DNA of 32,000 nucleotides from Wolbachia endosymbiont of Drosophila innubila (GTDB lineage Bacteria; Pseudomonadota; Alphaproteobacteria; Rickettsiales; Anaplasmataceae): NCBI RefSeq assembly GCF_021378375.1, contig NZ_CP076228.1, positions 600,001 to 632,000 of the forward strand, read 5' to 3'. Shown piece by piece: positions 26,677 to 32,000 of this stretch (position 1 is its first letter; each line of letters starts with the position of its first letter). The notes under the pieces were generated by a model. It saw only the letters and a program-made list of their open reading frames with translations, ran no database searches and was not told where the DNA came from. The position numbers and the translations under genes were made by a program.

Positions 26677-26727
26677 TATAATCTGTGTACCGTTACACAA
26701 AATGTGAATTGGAAGTATTTTTTAATT

Positions 26728-26988
26728 TTATGATACAGCTTGAACAATTTTTGTAATTTTTTTGTTGACTTGCAAGACGGTATCTACTACTGGCTGCAAT
26801 ACATCGAATATACTCACCTCCAAAATCAATATCTCCCCTACAAATTGTCCTTCACCAATCTCGTATAATTTATCTGGCTGTTGTTTTAATATTTGCACCA
26901 TATATGACTTATCCTTTGATTCATACAACGCTTGCTGCCCTAGATGTGCAAAACAATCTGCAAATAATCTTTTAATATCTCTAAACAT
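26728..26988 (-). CDS. Phage head-module small protein (86 aa), possible head-tail joining (gpFII-position) protein or its N-terminal part
   Basis: ORF-track ORF directly downstream of the capsid E gene on the same strand. Its stop abuts the IS110 insertion. The call is positional only. Confidence 0.4.
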   Translation of the reverse strand: MFRDIKRLFADCFAHLGQQALYESKDKSYMVQILKQQPDKLYEIGEGQFVGEILILEVSIFDVLQPVVDTVLQVNKKITKIVQAVS

Positions 26989-27074
26989 AATTTTTAGTTG
27001 CTTTTATTCTTTAGTTGATATAATGCTTCCTGTTCGGGTATTAAAACAATCTGCACTTAGCTTTACCTCACCTG

Positions 27075-28076
27075 TTATGCAGCAAGTTTTACAAGTATAC
27101 CTGGGCGATGGCACATTGGTAGAGGGTTTGATTGGGTATGAAGGTCAGTCCCTCTATCAAATCTTCTTGGCTCTTGTTTTGCATAGAGCGGTTGTCCTAG
27201 TGTATTTACCGTTTCATTAAAGTCCGCTGGCGCAAAGTAAGTAGTAAATGTGCTTGCTGTACCAAGTGGAAAACAGTGACCTGTATCTTTCTCAATAAAT
27301 CTTCTCACGGTTCCTTCAGGATCAGTTGCTTGTCCTCTGTATTCCTCAAATGTTATTCCACAAAACGTAAATCCTGATCTCATATCATTCCGAAGCGCTG
27401 CTCCTTCTTGCCATCTTTCATATGCTTCTTTTTTACTTTACTATGCGAAGTTAATGCATCAAAAAATTCAGGGCTTACCAAAGCATGTACTCCTGTCATA
27501 TATTCACCACTTAGATTATCTTCTATATGCCGGAGTACTTCCATACACCCGCTTTACATCTGTTGTTGCTATTCCCAGTGCAAAATTTACTACTTTTGGC
27601 GTAATTTCAAATTCGTTGTAAAGATTTAACAATTCACTGCCATCAGCGTCCAGAATAATCCCCTTTCAACGCCCCCATTCGCAAATGTTCTAACGTTATC
27701 GCGTGCTTGTTCCTCATCAATTCAGATGATCTGTTACCACGTTAGCCAACGCTTTCAGTTCATTCTCTGACCCAAATGCCCTTATCCCTTGCACTTCCTC
27801 AGGTAACACTACGTCATCATGGGGGAATATGTGGTATCGTAAACGTTCTTATTTTTCGTTTTCCACGTTTTCCCCACTGTTGCTGGTGCTCCGGAACTTG
27901 CGTTGGTAATAGGCTCAAAACACCGTTTTGCTCTTCTATCGTAATATGTCGGAATCTTACCGATCTACTTGGAAATAAATTTAAGCTTTCTGTTCGACCA
28001 TAATTTATCGGCAATATGTTTATTGCTTTAGTTAGTCCGTCATACTAAATGCTGAATTTGTAAATGGATTTTGCAT
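27075..28076 (-). pseudogene. Major capsid protein E-like (lambda gpE family), >=5 frameshifts
   Basis: From ATG 28076: MQNPFTNSAFSMTD, then, in shifting frames, INILPINYGRTESLNLFPSRSVRFRHITIEEQNGVLSLLPT, GKRGKRKIRTFTIPHIP, VLPEEVQGIRAFGSENELKALANVV, MRNKHAITLEHLRMGALKGIILDADGSELLNLYNEFEITPKVVNFALG, EAYERWQEGAALRNDMRSGFTFCGITFEEYRG...YFAPADFNETVNTLGQPLYAKQE. Confidence 0.75.
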
Positions 28077-28132
28077 GTTTTTCCCCTTTAATGCTGTAGA
28101 TGTTTGTTGGCTTTTAAGCCCTTTGCGAATGA

Positions 28133-28527
28133 TTAAGATGTTTGCTGGGCTTCTAAACCCCTTTTGCGGATAATGATGCCTCGTGCTTCAAAGTTGCTTT
28201 ATTGCTGCAGCTTTCTGCTCTTCTGTTATATTTGCTGGCCACACAACTGCATGATCTGCTAGCATTGCTATACGTGTAATGATTACTGCTTTGGTATTTT
28301 CTTTCACGTTTTTTACATCACTTGCTATCACTCCTATAGCTGTTTGCGTACCATCTGTTGCAGTTGGATTGATAACTAATTACATTATCTTCAATATTAC
28401 AGCCAAACTTCTGTACCCAAGCTTAGGTTTTGCCCTTTGTTACTGTTATTTGGTCTCTTGAGTATAGATTTGATGCCTCATACTTTAATAGGTCACCAAG
28501 GTTATTTTGTTCGGTTATACAACTCAT
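28133..28527 (-). pseudogene. Head decoration protein D-like, frameshifted
   Basis: ATG 28527 follows AGGAGAAACATTT. It reads MSCITEQNNLGDLLKYEASNLYSRDQITVTKG.., then PTATDGTQTAIGVIASDVKNVKENTKAVIITRIAMLADHAVVWPANITEEQKAAAIKQLEARGIII in other frames. Confidence 0.6.
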
Positions 28528-28544
28528 AAATGTTTCTCCTATGA

Positions 28545-29359
28545 TTGTTGTCAATAAGAAATTTCATATTTTGTAAAATCTTTGAAAATCCAGTTGTTTT
28601 AAGAGTATAGAAAATAGTTGTGAGAAACTTCCTAGCAGTAGCAATAATAGCCTTAGCAGAACCACGCTTTTTTCACACGCTCGTAAAAACTTTTCAGATA
28701 AGGACTATAACGTATAGCAATCCAAGTACACTGTACTAAAGAAGTACGCCCAATTTTTGATCCACGTTTAGTAATTCTTCCAATTGTGCATTGTTGATTG
28801 GATTGAAAACTCGCGGTACAACTCCAAAATAAGCTGTAAGTTTTTCAGGATTACTAAAATCATTAATATCACCAATTGTTTTTCAAGTGACTTCCTGTTT
28901 TTCAAATCTTTATTCCGTGGTTTTAATCTTTATTCCGTGGTGAAAAGTCCATGTATTTTTATTGATTAAGATACCCGTGATTTTACTAACTGATCTCTTG
29001 TTTTAAGAAGAGAAGCTAACTGTTGGCATTGTTTGCTCTTGCATTTTGCTTCAGGCAACATATCTTTGCTGAAAAAAAAGCAATAGCTCTTGCATCATGT
29101 TTATCTGTTTTTGTTCACAGAACGACGAACCTTCAAATTACGAGGCAAGCACAACAACGCTTAACGTAGACACTTCATCATAAAAAGAAACAGCTATTTC
29201 CCGTTGCCTCTAAGGCTGCTTCATCTGTTTCTTGAAGATTTTGATAAAATTACCTAAATCCTGTAAGCGAAAACGTTTTAACATACTCTGGTTTTTCACC
29301 AATTTCTAAGTAGCAAGCAGTGAAACTATTAGTATGTAAATCAACACCTATGTAACGCA
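28545..29359 (-). pseudogene. IS110-family transposase (copy 2, different subfamily), heavily decayed
   Basis: From ATG 29359: MRYIGVDLHTNSFTACYLEIGEKPEYVKTF..., then fragments LEATGNS, KTDKHDARAIA, NPEKLTAYFGVVPRV, GSKIGRTSLVQCTWIAIRYSPYLKSFYERV, RGSAKAIIATARKFLTTIFYTLK. There are many frame changes, a 20-bp tandem duplication and apparent internal deletions. Confidence 0.7.
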
Positions 29360-30129
29360 TAAATCTTCTCCCCTTATTGAATACTCCAACATATCAGAGT
29401 AGAATATTACCGGTTGGTCCATTCTCTATACGCGGTCACTAAATTTTATAGGCCGCACGATGGTTTTCGGTGGCAGGGGCGATTAATCCTCCTTCACGAG
29501 GTCTTTTTCCTATACTGCAAAAAAGCAGAAAGGGCCTCTAGAAACATTTTCAATCTGCCACCTATCCACTCTGAAAGGTATTATCTTCTCATGCTTCCAA
29601 CCAAGCAATAACTATTCATACCATCTCATGGTGTTTACCGCCGCTTTTGTTAGTGTTATATACGGCGGTTACAAGATTTGTTTACCGCGGTGTTTAAAGT
29701 TGCTATACGTCGCGGTGAAGCTTTTATAATTGGCTATTCTGGCCCGGACTTGTTTACCGCGGCATTTGTAGTGCTGGTACCTAAATTTCTCAAATGCCAG
29801 ATTGCGCTCGGTTCTTGCTACCGCATCATTAAAATCTTCTGATGAACTTTGTGGTATTGTGCTGCAGTATCTCTGTCTTCTTCGTTCTCTCCGCCAGTAT
29901 CGACATTAATATCTCTTGCTTGTTTGCGTTTACATCCTGCTCAATAAATTCTCCTATCTTCTCTGGCATCTTTGACAAATTACACAATCTTATTACCTCT
30001 AATACTTCGCTTGGGCACCTCTCATAACCTTATTCGTTTTGATTCTTCCATTAACTCATCAGCATCGATGGTGGCCCTTATAGTTAAATTCAGCTTTACT
30101 CATATTGTTTCTCCTATCTATAAATTCAG

Positions 30130-30800
30130 AATATGTTATCACTTCATCAGCAAGTCAATCTCTATTGCTTTCTCACCAAAATATAGCCCTGCTTCCGTTG
30201 ATTTGATTTTTTTTTGCTACAAGCTCGACGAAATAGATTCCTATTTCTTTGCGGCTCATGCGGAAAGAGGTTGTTCGACAAAATTCCGGCATATTCCCTC
30301 TTTATATCGCCCAGGGCGGGATGTTGTGAGTAAATCATACTCCTTCATCCTTCTGTCCCTGTGCTTAAGCAAAAGTCCTCCACATCTTCTTGGCTGATTC
30401 TATCATTTTTCGTTAGCAGCGCCTATGTAACAACCTATAAAAACCCTGAGGTGTCTGTAATTATATGCCTTTTCTACCCTTTACTTTTTTTTACTTCCAT
30501 CATGGCTTTTGATCCCCTTTTCTGTAGTCTTTACAGATTGACTATCTACTATACAGGCACTCGGCTGCTCATTCTTTCCTATTTTTCTTCTACTATATTT
30601 TTGTAATTTCATAATTCATTTTCTCAAAAATTCCCTGCTTCTTCCATTGCCTGAACTGCTCATACACAGTCTTCCATAGCGGAAAATCATTTGGTAAATA
30701 CTATAGAACCAACTTTTCAATACATTCATCAGCAGACCAATTGTTTTGCAACAATATCCAACCGAGAAACTCCTGCTTTAACCAAACCAGCAATTTTTTT
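30130..30800 (-). pseudogene. IS5-family (DDE) transposase remnant, many frameshifts
   Basis: Minus-strand fragments are DFPLWKTVYEQFRQWKKQGIFEKM, EQPSACIVDSQSVKTTEKG and KKVKGRK. The boundaries are approximate and I could not define terminal inverted repeats. Confidence 0.6.
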
Positions 30801-30814
30801 TTTTCTGATTTTTA

Positions 30815-31168
30815 CTTTTTTTTTTGACTAATTTTGGATAAATTTACAAAAACATCCTACGTAACTCTGGGATCATTAATCTTTTTATATTCTAGCACTA
30901 GATTTAATATTTCTCGGCCTCATTTTTAAAGCCGATTTTTCTCCTTTGATGCAATGAGATCGGTGGTAATACCCACTGACAATGCACCTGCTATAGCGTA
31001 CAACCTTTTGATTGAAATTCTACGATTCCCTTTCTCATATTGCAGTATTACCCAGTATTTTTACACCAGCTAAATCTTTCTGAGTATACCCCCTCTCTAA
31101 CCTCCAATCTTTTTCACTTTTTTCCCTACTTCATAGTCTAGAATTTTTCCACGCAAAGAACCATACAT
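30815..31168 (-). pseudogene. XRE-family helix-turn-helix regulator, frameshifted
   Basis: From ATG 31168: MYGSLRGKILDYEVGKKVKKIGG*, then GYTQKDLAG, then QYEKGNRRISIKRLYAIAGALSVGITTDLIASKEKNRL*, then EILNLVLEYKKINDP. This is a typical HTH_3 core plus the C-terminal tail seen in prophage regulators. Confidence 0.55.
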
Positions 31169-32000
31169 ATAATATTTTCTACTATAGCTCAAAGGGCTCC
31201 AGATATAATAGCCAGACTCTGAACCTTTAAATTGATGAATTAAAGTGCCCTACAAGTTTCTTTACTATTTTTCACGTACTTTGTCTGCCCATGAAAACAA
31301 TTTTTTCACTTACTTCCCTTCTGCTTTTCAATCCATATGTTGCACCTAGTGAAATTACCTCTCTACTGCTTCTTTAAGTTTACTCCTCAAAGAGACAGTT
31401 TTTCCTATTTCTTCTCTTTTTTTGTAATTCAGCCCACATTTCCTTGTTTTCTACTCTCAATTGTACTTGATCATATTTTTTACATCGTGGTACAATATAA
31501 TATTTAGCTTACCAATGCTTGTAGGGAAATTCTAATATAATAGAGCTTTCATCTGACATATCGATATAGTTTCTTATACCTTCTTCCTTTCTCACTTTTA
31601 ACCTCAACTGCATCATTTGCCAATTTTTAAAATATTACTTCCCAATTTACTTCAGTATTTTGGCTACCTCTACCTTGCTATCATCAGAAAAATTCTATAT
31701 ACGATGTTGTTGTATCTATCTCAACATCTATTAATTCTCTTCTTGCACAGCACTCACCAGCCTCTAGTTCTTCCCCAGTCTCTATCTATCTGTGGCTGAA
31801 CTTCACGCTGTAGCTCATTATAGATTTCACCTATTAGTTTATTCTGCAATAAAAGTATCATGAAAATCTGCACCACTTAGCATTAATTTGACGCATTATC
31901 TTTTTTCGATCAGTCTTATCAAATTTATGAAAATGCACCAATACTACATACTCTGCAATGCTCCATTCCCCATCGTTATATGCATTTATTCTTGCTCAAG

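Larger units (their letters stand above)
25333..26727 (+). mobile_element. IS110-family insertion sequence (copy 1), boundaries approximate
   Basis: A DEDD-type transposase pseudogene is flanked by ~180-bp and ~240-bp non-coding ends and interrupts the minus-strand phage head/tail gene row. An alternative boundary is the 9-bp direct repeat AATCTGTGT at 25376-25384 and 26680-26688. Confidence 0.7.

Noticed and set aside
26762-30606. Plus-strand track ORFs 26762..27220, 27408..27629, 27776..28003, 28279..28461, 28784..28969, 29414..29611, 29842..30027, 29972..30397 and 30361..30606
   Set aside because: They are antisense shadows of the capsid E, decoration D, IS110 copy 2 and IS5 remnants. They have no SD sites or recognisable motifs and are Cys/Phe/Ser-rich.
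31169-32000. Minus-strand coding-like fragments (for example ...AYNDGEWSIAEYVVLVHFHKFDKTDRKKIMRQINAKW..., ...LIGEIYNELQREVQPQIDRDW..., ...EGIRNYIDMSDESSIILEFPYKHW...)
   Set aside because: This is clearly decayed coding sequence in several frames, but I cannot assign it to any family by eye. It is therefore not reported as a feature.
18000-32000. Strong pyrimidine (T+C) excess on the plus strand over 14 kb, considered as a possible replication-skew or structural signal
   Set aside because: It is fully explained by uniform minus-strand orientation of purine-rich (Lys/Glu/Gly-rich) coding sequence. No switch point independent of gene orientation is visible.

Overview
AT-rich sequence that looks like Wolbachia or a related Rickettsiales genome. 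I infer this only from gene content: WO-type phage genes, many ankyrin genes, an Rpn-like PD-(D/E)XK gene, a group II intron, and IS110/IS5 elements. Layout: (1) 1-1401 is the core gene ppdK on the minus strand, running off the left edge. (2) 1.6-4.1 kb holds a group II intron with textbook domains V/VI but a frameshifted RT; its two flanks do not belong together. (3) 4.1-10.2 kb holds two large co-oriented minus-strand genes with strong SD sites. The first is a 791-aa repeat protein. The second is a >=917-aa protein with two PD-(D/E)XK (DUF1703-like) modules and >=10 near-identical 45-aa TPR-like repeats. These are the longest intact accessory ORFs in the window and my top candidate for an undescribed two-partner effector/toxin cassette. 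(4) 10.7-17.7 kb holds eukaryote-like repeat proteins: on the plus strand an LRR-ankyrin giant and several ankyrin proteins, most broken by slippage-type frameshifts or an in-frame TGA, followed by a minus-strand ankyrin+TM protein whose 996-bp ORF is uninterrupted. (5) 18.1-32 kb is a heavily decayed WO-like prophage remnant on the minus strand: serine recombinase, DUF2924, two tandem ankyrin paralogues, baseplate I/J/W/V, gpZ-like, capsid E, decoration D. It is full of frameshifts, carries two different IS110-family elements and an IS5-family remnant, and ends in an XRE-type regulator fragment plus unidentified remnants. I saw no rRNA, tRNA or CRISPR array. All homology calls are by eye from hand-translated motifs; no database search was possible, and pseudogene and IS boundaries are approximate.
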